This document shows, one piece after another, positions 11,851 through 23,667 of a stretch of DNA of 64,000 nucleotides. The stretch is from Tubulanus polymorphus. Lineage: Eukaryota; Animalia; Nemertea. Made by a program: the position numbers and the translations under genes. The notes below the pieces were generated by a model. It searched no databases. It saw only the letters and a list, made by a program, of their open reading frames with translations, and was not told where the DNA came from. Position 1 is the first letter of the stretch; the number at the start of each line of letters is the position of its first letter. The stretch lies in assembly GCF_964204645.1 (NCBI RefSeq), contig NC_134026.1:16216150-16280149 (forward strand), written 5' to 3'.

Positions 11851-14800
11851 TATGAAACCTAAACAATGATAACCATTCAGCGTCATTTTACAAACGACAA
11901 ATGTAAATCGATGTGCAAAACGTCACAGGTCTATGTGTACACATACAAGTTATTCGGCAAAATATTATTGACAAAGATGTAGAATGGCTCCCTGTGATTA
12001 TGTAATGAGCACTATTTGAACGTCGAAATGTTATATTGCATTGAATATCATTAGAAGACGTATTGTAATAGTAAAGGATGTATGATTATATCAGAAGCGG
12101 CAGGCATAAATAGAAATGATAAGCAAATCGGATTATTCGGTTAAATGGCGGATGTATACACGATGCGGAAGTCTGATATAAAGTCAGACCCTGACATGTG
12201 GATGCTGGTGGAATGATGAAGCTATCTACAATCTGTGTAGGGCCGGCGTGAATTTCATCGGCGGCTTCAGCGGTCAATATGAAAATGTGTAAACTTATAA
12301 TTAGGGTTTTCTGTTATTTCACAGAAAACTCTATTGAGATTCGCGTGTTTCTTCTTATTATTATTTTATGACACACTATTTTCACTAAAAGAACTAAGGC
12401 TTTGTTACCTTGCCGCTGTTGTCGATACAATCCGTATGATATCGTTTAGCTCACTGAGATCTACAAATACTCCGCGTGTTTTTTCACGAATCATCGTTAC
12501 AAAAGCACTGTCGGGCCGTTAACATCGAAAATTTAGCCCCATTCAATGGGGCGACATGTTTTTCGAGTCGTCATCCCGAAATCAACCCGCAGGCCGATTG
12601 TCACTTCGATTATCAATTCAAGTATAAAGGAACTAATTTATTGCCGCAGACTTCACATTCAGCCGCGGTCTTCAAACAGTGATTATAACAATAGCCCATT
12701 TTCCTCATCAAATCATATTACCGATACACTGGAAATTTACTACTTAAGATTTTAAAAGCACTGTCGAGCTGTTAATGAATCGACGCGTGTTACTACATCG
12801 TCGTTCCGGGGATCAGCTGCGAGTTTCTCCTCATCATGAGAATCAAATCGAGGACAAATTAATTTATTACTACCAGTGATTTGGCTGCGGGTTTCAAGGA
12901 GTTAGTTTATCAATACCTATTTTTCTTTACCGAATTAACCGTGTGTTTACTAAGATAAATCTTTAGTGTACCGGGGAATCGTAAGCCTAAACTAAACACG
13001 CCGAAGAGATATAGCGGAGAAAAGCTGTTATGTCGACGAGGTATCAAAATAGAATAATATGTTACTTTATTCGGCCGCGGGCTTCAACCTGTATATCAAT
13101 ACCATCAATACTCTATATTTCCTACAGTACATACCGATCATTGTCAAATGCACAAGGTATTTACTAAATACAAGTACGCGCTCTTGCGACTGGCAGAAAC
13201 TAGTCGCACATAGTCGCTGACAATCGTATCGCAACCGACTTGCAGCGAAACTTGCGATGCAACGCGAGGATCGCATCGCGTCGCAAGGCCGACCTACGTC
13301 CGGCTTTAAGTTACTGCGGAGCCCCAGAAATATCTTTTTTTCGTTCATAAGACCTTTCGCTTGAAAATCCTTTCGTCGGAACAAAATTTATTTCGTTCGA
13401 ATCAATAATATTCTGTTCGATTGTTCCAATTTGAAAAAATATTTCAAAAAGAAAAGATTTTCATTCAAACATTCGTTCCAAAAGAGTTGTTTTCGCTCAA
13501 CCAAATTTCTTTGCCGGGACAAAAAGTTCTTCATTTCAACAATAACATAGCTCTTTATTCGAACACATTTTTGTCAGAATGAAGAAAAGTTTTGGTTCAA
13601 ACAAAAAGCGTATTGTTCGATCAAACAGAATTGTTTTCAGTCGAACAATATTTTCTTGTCGGAACATTAAGTTTTTTGGTCGAACGGCGTGTTAAGGTCG
13701 TTTTGGAAATTTACTCGGTCTGGTATATTTTGGATTACTGTGTATGTCAGGACATTAAACAGAAGACGACTTAGGATTCTACTTTGCGTAACTCCACTAG
13801 TTAGACCGACTTATTCCAAGATTCCGTTTCGGCTACAAGTTTTCGTTCAGAGATAACTGCTGAGCCATTTGAGCGACCTATCATTGATACCGTTTTCTAA
13901 TAGCCTGTTTAGTAATGGCTGACGTTGAACCTTATCAAATGCTTTGTCGAAATCCACCGTTGAACAGGATTCAAGACTGTGCAGAAAACCCGTTATTGCT
14001 GCTATGCAGCTACATTTTCAATATTCAAATGTTATAGAAAATATGTTCGATATTAGGGGTACGCAGGTTTCATGAGATTAGCAATTTATAATAACATGGC
14101 TGTCATATACGGCTCTGCGTCCTCTGATGGCATGTATATTAGGTGACAATTCAATTCAATTTATTGATCCTTATTACATATAAAATTCCAAAATTCAATA
14201 AAGTTACAAATTTCAAAATAAGAAAATACAACATACAAGACACACGCGTAATTCACACAAAATAACATAAATAAAATATTTTAAATGACAATGTCTACTT
14301 CAACCCACTCAAGAGGATATCGAGTGACAGCCAAACCGAGCAGGGACTCCGGCCGGCTGGCTAGACCACACACGATATGCTCCAAATACGGATGAAGCAG
14401 ACATCAGAAGAGCTCGTTCCTCAACCATGGAGGCAATGAAGTTGCAGACCAGCTTAGTGGCAAAAGTGAATGAAGTCGGTGGGGAGTTATCAATTATTGA
14501 CAATTTTCAATAAAAAAATTAGATGAAACCACTACTACAGTCGAAGACCTGTATCATCTACCCAATCGCTTCGATTTCAAATTTGCAATTTCACATTAGC
14601 TTATCCCAAAAATTCTACATTTTTTGCAGGCGTCAAATAATTTATTAAAATTGATTTTCTTGTTTCTTTTTCACACAATGACGGAAACTGAAGTTATATA
14701 TATTAATTTTTGTATTTTGTATGTAACCGGAGGCTTTCGTTTTGTATAAGTTCGTTTTTATAAATATCAACAGTTTCGTTTTTCCAATTAATTTTTTCAA

Positions 14801-16092
14801 ATCGTTGCGGGTTTGACAAGCTAAGCGGCTTAGGTATAGTTCCTATCAATACACCCTTTTAGATCCGACAACTAGTTGGCACATGGACATCGGAAAAGAG
14901 TTTGTCAAAACTGTCGTATGAATGCATTGTTTCAACTGGCATTCAAATGTAACTTTTTAGTCATTAAAATAACTATAATTGATCATGAATAATTATTTAA
15001 ACTATTTCTTATAGCAGAAGATGAGCACTGTTAAACTTATTATGGTCCGTTAGAGTCCATTTTGCCACAACGTTTCTTTCTTGCATAGCTGCTTGTTAAC
15101 GCGATTACGTCTTTTTGGTACCTTTAACCTCATAATTAAGTTCTAAAACTTCAATTTGGTAAATGAACTTTTAAATCAAAATTGTTAAAATTGGCCGGTC
15201 TCCTATACAGTTTCGGTTCGGTTTATTACTGTCCAATTTAAGTAACATTGCGCTGAACACAAAAACAGAAATTACTTAAATTACAATTAAGTACAATATG
15301 GCATATGGCGTAATGTTGAAATTCGGGGTCGTCTACTCATTACTCCGAAGTCCCAATTACTCCGACATTGCGTTTTAAGACAGCACATAATCTCCCATAA
15401 TCGTGACATTGATGAACATTATTTGAGGGGTTTCAGATGGGAGCCGTTAAGGTTTGAGCAAACAGTTTTGAAATAACTCACCTGGCCACGGAATATCGCA
15501 AAACGGAGAATTCTTAATTATCGTATAGCCGTCGTACCCTGTATCACTATCATAGGTCTACCCCGGCATTATGTTATTGTAAAAATCAATAAAACATTTT
15601 CAGAGATGTTTAAGCGCGTTAAATTAAACATTTATTATAATTTTCCCTCACAGAAATTGACTCTCGCAGATAACATGTTCATTAAGAAATACGCAACGAA
15701 ATTCGCTATAGTAGCGGACTCGAAAAGCTGACTTAAACATACGAACCCAGTCTAGTGTGGCATGTTTCCGCGCCGTGGCCGAGTTAAGCGATATAATCCG
15801 GTTCGAATTCCTGCTGGGGAGAATGATCCGCGCATGTTCATAAACAACACGAAGGGACCGATTAGTAAATTACGGGTTAGAGAACGAAGTGTGCTTTAAA
15901 ACATATCTCGAAGTGTTTAGGCTAAAAAGTGATGTCGACCCAGCCGGCCGCCTATCTGCCCTGTAGATTACTTCTTTTACAGAAAATGACCCGGCCGCTG
16001 CGGAAAAAGAAGGTATTCATTTTTTAGCCTTAGGCTTCATTGGTTTCCAGGAAACCATCACTTTGAATTTACGCCGATCAGGTGACCTTCTG

Positions 16093-16230
16093 GGGTCGGT
16101 TCCACAGTCGAGACTTAAGTCCAAAAATGGGCTTAAGTCTTAAAATTGGTCTTAAGTTGTTAGATTGGCTATAGAACTAATATGGTCTCAGACAGGTCTT
16201 AAGTCTAAGCGATGACTATGGAACTGGCCC
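16093..16230. mobile_element. PIF/Harbinger-like MITE
   Basis: TIRs gggtcggttccacagtc / gactatggaactggccc, flanked by a CTG 3-bp direct repeat. Confidence 0.65.
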
Positions 16231-16494
16231 CTGGTTCCTTAAAGCGATTCATGTTGTTTGATCCATGATGGAAGGAATGAAATAACGACCACACACTACA
16301 GATTCCGATGAATATTCATCACATCAACTTTGGGGCCGTCTCAAAATGTCAATAGGCTAACAACCTTCCAGTTTAAGAACATAAATTCTTGAATACTTTT
16401 AAAAGATCATTTACATGTACCGCCAAAATTTTAACAGTCCCGTGGCGTTATAGCGGGCTTTGACTTTGAGTATGGTCTTGTTTGAAATATAACC

Positions 16495-16650
16495 ATTTCG
16501 TTTCGTATTTCGTTTCGTAATTTAGCACTACTCACAAAAAATTTACATTTTGTTATTTCGTTTCGCATTTCGTGATTTCGTAGTTTCATAATTTCGCTTC
16601 ATATTTCGTAATTTCGTTTCACATTTCGTAATTTCGTCGTTTCGTACTTT
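16495..16650 (+). repeat. Low-complexity (tttcg) repeat array
   Basis: Many tttcgt / tttcgta units. Confidence 0.8.
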
Positions 16651-19600
16651 GGCAGGACCCGTTCGTAGTTTTGGGACCTTTGAGTAATGCGTCTTCGGAG
16701 TAATGGGACCAGCTTTTACTTCATCTTATCTAATGGATTTTCGGAGTAATGGGAGTTCGGAGTATTGGGACTTTGGGGTAATGGGACTTCGGAGCATAGG
16801 TATGCTCCGAGATCCGACCAGTATTAGAATAAACAAGAACAATACACAAGTCGTTTATGGTCTAAGATCATTACATAAATTATTTGATATCGCCACATTT
16901 AGCTAGGTTTTGACCTCTCGAATAGAAAAATGTAATGTAGGCTTTTTCATCGGGATGTCACCAGAAGTATCTTGGTATGAATTTTCTTCTCATGCTTTGA
17001 AAAAGGGACATACTAAAAGAAAATAGAATTCCTCCCCTGAGTTGCTGCCAAAGTACATTTTTTGCCAAAAAAACCCAGAAGGCTTGTTACACAATTTTGG
17101 GGTTCTGTTGGGTAAAGCTCTACCACCATTAAAAATGAACAACTAACGAAACCTGATTTACTAATCGATGTGCACGAGGTAAAAAGTAAAGGGTTACCTC
17201 TTCAGATAAGCATGGAAGTGATACATTGTGTATACCTTAAAAGGTATCATAATAAGTTTATAACGGATGCGATATTCAACTGGTGGCCAGTGTAGAATAC
17301 GCAGAACGAGTAGAATAGACGAAGATTTGATAAGTACGAGAAGTAAGAAGTTCTTTTCACTCGTCTCTGGAGTGATTTGAGAGAGTTAGCGGGTAGCCCA
17401 TCAAGTAGTCACTGAAATCAAGACGTTGGGTAACTGAGTCATGGTCATAAATACGAGCAGCATCAGCAGACATTTCTAATTTTGCTTATGTTTGAAGAAG
17501 GAAAATTACAGTACATGTATTTAACAGTTAACACTATTTATGTCCTCGAAAGTAAGCTCGGAATAAAATAATTGCACCAAGATTCCGAACAGACGTGGAT
17601 GGTGTCAAAATGAATATTTCCGATATATTAGGTAGCTGCTGAAGCTGATTATACTTATCTCTGATATAAACAAATGTTATTAAATTAGTGTATTAAAATT
17701 ACATTCTTATTTCCTAGTGACATTTTTTCGTACTGTGCAAAAAGGCCATTTACCGGTGAAATCAAACCTATGTAACAAAATTTGGTTGCATTTCTTCCGG
17801 TTGTAATTTTTTCCGTTTTACCCCTTAGCATCAGTCAACCTTTCCACTATCCACTCAATTCCCTGACCTCGATATGTTGATAGATTCTAGTGAGTAGCAC
17901 GTTAGGTGTATGCTTCATGTATATCCAACTCAAGCCGCTTAATGAGATAACATAGCTTGGAAATGGGATCTTCACGCGTGTATAATTGTCGTTTATCAAT
18001 TTAGTAGACATCATCGACCGTCAAAATCTATTTGATTTATGATCATTATTGTGTATACGTACTAACATTGTTCCGAGTATAGTAACTTGTTCGTGTGTTT
18101 TTATGTTGTTATATTTATCAGTCCTGAAAATCAAGTATATATTTAATATTCTGCTTTTGAGGGCAAAAGTGATGCTATTTGAGAATAAAGTAAAGAGAAA
18201 ATAGAGGATTCATTTCAATATTTAAAGAAAATTGAATAGATGTTTTTAGTATTTCTAGTTAATCCATAATTGATAAAAGTATGCCATCTGTTAATCTGTG
18301 TACTCTGTGTAATCTGTAGAGTTTGTAAATTAGTAAGTTTGTTTATGGTTCACCCATAATTGTTTTGATATCAATTTTATTTCAGTTATTTAATTGAGTA
18401 TTTCAGAAATAAATTACAACATCGTGTGCAATGTGACAATCAATGCAATGTTGTAACATAAGACAAAAAGGTTACAGTGTAAAGCAAAGTTTGTATGCAC
18501 TATAACCGAAGAGGAATGTAGAATATGACATGTAGTCGTTGGTAGATAGAGAGCTACTGTTCAAAATACAACTGTGATGAATACAGGTATTTGGAAATAC
18601 AACAGTTTATCAGATGAATATGACAACTTCAACGTTCATTAAAACTTAACTGTGCTTACTTCAACTCGTAATCCACCCGGAGGAGCGCATTTGAACTTTA
18701 TTACTATGGAAAACTGCGCTATATAAATGACTATTATTATTATTATTATTAACTTGGGCTACTGAGCCCACAAAGGAGGATTATGAATTAATATATTAGC
18801 AGAGATATAAATGGCGTTGAAAAATTTCAAACGTTTACTGTTCTCCAATGACTTAATTGATTCCAAAGTTTAGGATCCTTCCATAATGAAGATTTTCTTT
18901 TGTTAGCGTTATAATGAATCAAATAGAGATTAGTCCTCGACCCGGTGGGGGCTCCTACCTAATTCAACTTATTTCTTCATTTCTTAATTGAGCCTAATAC
19001 TTTTCAAATAACATGAAAGCCCATATCTTAAAACACTAGAGTGTAAGACTTTGATACACAACGTAACACAAATAATTATAATCCAAGATCAAACACGAGA
19101 GACAGCAATCGGTATGACTATATAGAGCGTTGTCTATCCTTCGAGTCGGTTAGTAGATTTGACCGTGATATAATAAATGTTAGTATCTTTTATACATAAT
19201 GGTTGCTATGTACAATAAACAAAACATAAATATAATTAAAAACCATGAGCACTAATTAGGCTTTGTCTGGGCGGAACCCGTTAATCCGTGTTCCGCTCAG
19301 GCCTAACAAGAAATAGTGAAAAAAAATTAAAAACTAACTTTGTTGTTGCCATAGCAATCGCTTTCGTCAATTTTTAGCAGGAATTTTAAAACACGATTTC
19401 TCATAATCGCTTCATGATGATTAGAAGGACTTAACTCCATAATATTTAGAATAATTATGTACGGGTTTTGTACGTACCTCGGTTGAGGAGTTATCTCAAT
19501 ATTTAGATATTTTATCCTGGGTTTTAAAAATTGTTCACATTTTTGAAAATTTTTAAGTGGCTTGAAGCAGCATTATTACGTCACCTTCCAATCAAATTGG

Positions 19601-19895
19601 ATATTGGAGGCATGTTCCCTCAAATTACATTCCTGCTACATGCTTACCAAGTCTCAGGCAAATAGGATGAATACTTTTTTAGTCATCGTGTTTTGAAACT
19701 CACACCTACGTCCCAATATGGATTCAGAGAAAAAGTGATATCTGTGGGTGACCTACATATGAGACTGGCGGTGGAACACGACCCAAAAAATCCTTGAAAT
19801 GAACTTACAGTGTTCTAGTTTGCCACAGTGTGGCAGCACCTCCTAGTCAACATTTTAGAGTGAGAATAAAGTGGGCGCTCCGTTCAAGAAGCGAT

Positions 19896-20835
19896 GGGGG
19901 GCGTCGTCTCTACGAGCGAATGTGATTGGCTGTTTTTGGGATATACGGGGAATTCCGGTGCTACTAAAATAATTATACGGACGCTATTAATGGCGAACGT
20001 TTCATTTGACTAGGTGCCGTATATGTACGAATTTTAAATGCTCATTGCTGGTGAGAATATTATTATTTCACATATCGCCATAGGTATTGTTTCATTTTGA
20101 TACCCGGTGATTGTGTTGATTGAGATTGAGGTGAAGCGTTCGTTCACTACACAAGGGCTCCACGTGCGCGGGAGTGCTAAACATTAGACTGTTGCTCACA
20201 CAAACACACGCTCGAATACAGACTACTATATGGTGATGCTGTAACGCTGCTTGGCGCGTGCACGTTTGGTACGATAACAGGCTGAATAATCGTCGTAGCA
20301 GAAGATGAGCGCTGTGTTTTCTGTTTGATAGAATTTATAATAAATTGTAATTTCTTGTGACCTGGAAATACTAAGCAGCAAACTATAGGTATAGGTCGAG
20401 GTCTGAATATTGTAGTGATACATTCCAGGATTTAAAACGATCTAATACTACGCCCCGGTGTTTTAGCTTCCGCGGCCATACATTCGAAGAGGTTTCGTTG
20501 CCAAGTCTCAATATTCAGCCACCCTCTGATATGTGACATTATATGAATTTTATTTGAATATGTTTTCATATTGTGAAAAATATTTTTTTGAAAATATAAA
20601 ATAGTTTCCAATGCCGCGCCTACCTGTACCCTACGAAATTTTGGACGTAGACCATAAAAAAATGTTATCTTTGGTCTTATTTGACTACAAAATGATTATT
20701 TAAGAAAGATGAAATACAATATAAACTTCTAGAACTTTGAAGTCACGAATTAAAAGATTTTTCAAGCAATGCCCTTACTCCAAACAACCTCTAGCTTTCA
20801 AGGTAAACCACACTTTGCCCATGGGCAATTTATTT
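19896..20835 (+). repeat. Interspersed repeat, copy 2 (~220 bp longer than copy 1)
   Basis: Homologous to 3891-4606, with an extra segment at ~20302-20518. Confidence 0.85.
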
Positions 20836-21768
20836 AAGATCCCAGTGGATTTAAATAATGGGCATGTGTGTTCTAGAAAGTAACTTCTGGTGATCAATTC
20901 TGACACTTTTTTGAAGTTTGAATAATTTTCCTTGAGCAGAATCTAGGTCGGTGCCTCTAGCAATATTGCAATAAAATCGGTGAAGGTAGATAAGGCTGTC
21001 TTGGTACATTACCAGGTAAAAATCTAGATGATTTGGGTGTGATACCAATATTTTTGGTTACCGTTGTGGAGATGATACTTATATGTTTTCTCCAGTTTAG
21101 TCCGTCAGTTCGAACGCATAAGAATTTTGTATCAGAAACCCTAGATAGGGGTTTTCCATCTATAAACAAGTTCATTGGAATATTGCCAGACCTATCAAAA
21201 TCAAAATCATGTATTAGATTAAATGTAGTATAGATTTAACGATAATTTGTTTGCTTTAAACCAATTTATAAGTTAAGCTTATTATGTGTTAATAATGAGT
21301 TCAAGATGGTTCGGATTGGTTTGGCTTCTGAAACTATCGGAGACATCAGCAAACAAGGTCGAAAGGTCGAAAAATAAATTCTCGCACACTCGAATTTATT
21401 TTTCGACCCTTCAACCTTTAACCTGAACCCCCATTATCCCTTTTACTCTTATGATATTCATATATATGAACATTATTTAAATGAATTTCATATATTTCAA
21501 AATAAATTTCATGTTTTAAAAGTGAGAGTGAAATGTTAGCTTAATAATCTAGAAAATAAGATCAAATATAGATTTCAGTAAAATAAAAAATCAATTTTTA
21601 AACATAAAAAGTGTGAGTAATTAACGAGTGAAATAATTTATCTCTATTTTATATCTAAAACAGTGAATATTTATATTTATATGCGTTAAATTCTTATTTT
21701 CAATATAAAAATAACGAGTAATTAACGAGTTGAAGAAAATATCAATTTTAATAAAAAAATGGCTAATA

Positions 21769-22062
21769 AATGAACAGATACTACAGTTCAAAGATATCGA
21801 TTTAAATGAATTAGAAAAATATTTTACGATTAGAAATTTCATTCCTATTAAAGATTTGATCAAAACTGGACGTTTCCGTTTTCAAGTGAAAAATATTTCT
21901 GAATTAATATTTAAAAATCATTATCTAATAATAGAGTTACCGAATGATAAAGATAAAATCTTATTCAATACAATAATTCCAAAATTCACAACATTTGAAG
22001 AAATAGATCAACATTTAATAATTACAGATGAAATGCAATCACTTTTAAATTTGAAATGTTGA
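21769..22062 (+). pseudogene. Short arm copy of the unknown element-A protein (start codon lost)
   Basis: NEQILQFKDID...MQSLLN is near-identical to the right-arm ORF. A 4-bp deletion removed the in-frame ATG. Confidence 0.6.
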
Positions 22063-22194
22063 TTTCTCTAAATAAGATGTAATAAATTTATTATATTTTC
22101 ACTCATTTAATTATTTGATTAATTCACTAATCTCATTCAATATTAACTTTTTTATTTCGATGATTGTTTCCATTTAACTTTTTTAACTTTTTAC

Positions 22195-22329
22195 TCAATT
22201 TAATGTTTCATTCATTAGATCCTTACTGATATTTTCATAGTAAAAGTAAAGTGCAGCTAATATTAATCCTCCAGCAACTAAATAATGCTTCAAATCACTT
22301 TTTCCAATTGGAATGCTGAAACCATCCAT
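22195..22329 (-). CDS. Small single-pass membrane protein of element A (probably frameshift-truncated)
   Basis: MDGFSIPIGKSDLKHYLVAGGLILAALYFYYENISKDLMN, homologous to 60639-60845. It is not in the supplied ORF track. Confidence 0.7.
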   Translation of the reverse strand: MDGFSIPIGKSDLKHYLVAGGLILAALYFYYENISKDLMNETLN

Positions 22330-22517
22330 TTATTTAAGAGAAAAATTAAAAGTAATTTGATTTATCTTATTTCGAATATTTAGAGTTGAATTATTATTTT
22401 TGAGTTATGATATTTTGATTTAAGATGGTGTGATTTATTGCTTCGAGTATAATATTTTCCCCAATTAAATAACGCTTTTTCATTAGGTTCATATTTAGGT
22501 GTTTCGATTTCATTATC

Positions 22518-22955
22518 TTAGTTACATTGAACTGCAACATCTTTGAATGATTTTTCATTTGGAATGTCTGGGGTAAATCTTTTTTCTTCTACTCTGAAAA
22601 ACATTACATAGCATTCTCTGAAAGGGCAGTAACGTAAGTGTAAAAATAATGTTTTATGTGAATTTTCATTATTCAAAAGTGATTGCATTTCATCTGTAAT
22701 TATTAAATGTTGATCTATTTCTTCAAATATTGTGAATTTTGGAATTATTGTATTGAATAAGATTTTATTTTTATCATTCGATAACTCTATTATTAGACAA
22801 TGATTTTTAAATATTAATTCAGTAATATTTTTCACTTGAAAACGGAAACGCCCAGTTTTAATCAAATCTTTAATAGGAATGAAATTTCTAATTGTAAAAT
22901 ATTTTTCTAATTCATCTAAATCGATATCTTTGAACTGTAGTATCTGTTCATTCAT
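22518..22955 (-). CDS. Unknown protein of element A (long arm copy)
   Basis: 145-aa ORF. Past the TAA the frame continues DNEIETPKYEPNEK...GKYYTRSNKSHHLKSKYH, homologous to the zinc-finger tail of 60276-60569, so the stop is probably premature. Confidence 0.6.
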   Translation of the reverse strand: MNEQILQFKDIDLDELEKYFTIRNFIPIKDLIKTGRFRFQVKNITELIFKNHCLIIELSNDKNKILFNTIIPKFTIFEEIDQHLIITDEMQSLLNNENSHKTLFLHLRYCPFRECYVMFFRVEEKRFTPDIPNEKSFKDVAVQCN

Positions 22956-23493
22956 ATATTAGCCATTTCTATATCAAAATTGATATTTTCTTCAACTCGT
23001 TAATTACTCGTTATTTTTATATTGAAAATAAGAATTTAACGCATATAAATATAAATATTCACTGTTTAAATATGAATTATTTCAATCGTTAATTACTCAC
23101 CCTTTTTATATTTAAAAATTGATTTTTTATTACTGAAATCTATATTTGATCTTATTTTCTAGATTATTATGCTAACATTTCACTCTCATCTTTAAAACAT
23201 GAAATTTATTTTTAAATATAGGAAATTCATTTAAATAATGTTCATATATATGAATATTATAAGAGTAATATGGATAATGGGGGTTCAGGTCAAAGGGTGG
23301 AGGGTCGAAAAATAAATTCGAGTGTGCGAGAATTTATTTTTCGACCTTTCGACCTTTGGCCTGAACCCCCATTATCCCTATTACTTATGTTTATCAATAA
23401 ACGACTGCCTGGTTTCTCTTCAACAAGTAACTTTGAAACCATAAAAGAGATAAGCCTCTGATACCGTAGTGATCAAATTTGTTGAGTGATAAA

Positions 23494-23667
23494 CAGTGGA
23501 ACCTCGTTATAACGAACTCGGATACAACAATTCATCGGATATAACAAATAAAGAATTTCGTCCCGAGAACGAAAATTTAATTAATTTCATATTGGATATA
23601 ACGAACTATCGGTTATAACGAACATATTTTCTGGTCCCGTGAAGTTCGTTGTAACGAGGTTCCACTT
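23494..23667. mobile_element. Tc1/mariner (pogo/Tigger-like) MITE
   Basis: TIRs cagtggaacctcgttataacgaa / ttcgttgtaacgaggttccact. Confidence 0.85.

Larger units (their letters stand above)
15325..16808. mobile_element. Putative DNA transposon with tandem 16-bp subterminal repeats in inverted orientation
   Basis: The left end has cattactccgaagtcccaattactccga. The right end has several ttcggagtaatggga[c/g] units. No TSD was found. Confidence 0.55.
21355..23385. mobile_element. Element A: ~2-kb AT-rich element with ~700-bp inverted arms and terminal hairpins (Polinton-related, non-autonomous?)
   Basis: 21355-22050 is the reverse complement of 22671-23356. The right hairpin (23264-23385) ends ...ccctattACT. 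The left hairpin lacks its outer ~30 bp. Confidence 0.85.

Noticed and set aside
15770-15830. tRNA-like sequence with GGTTCGAAT box
   Set aside because: No complete cloverleaf or anticodon arm; it looks like a SINE/MITE-derived head, not a tRNA gene.
21765-21775. TAAATG in the left arm of element A
   Set aside because: That ATG is out of frame with the arm ORF and arises from a 4-bp deletion, so it is not counted as a start motif.
21355-23385. Assembly fold-back artefact as the explanation of the palindrome
   Set aside because: The arms differ by many substitutions and indels, enclose a unique core, and a diverged homolog with the same layout exists 38 kb away.
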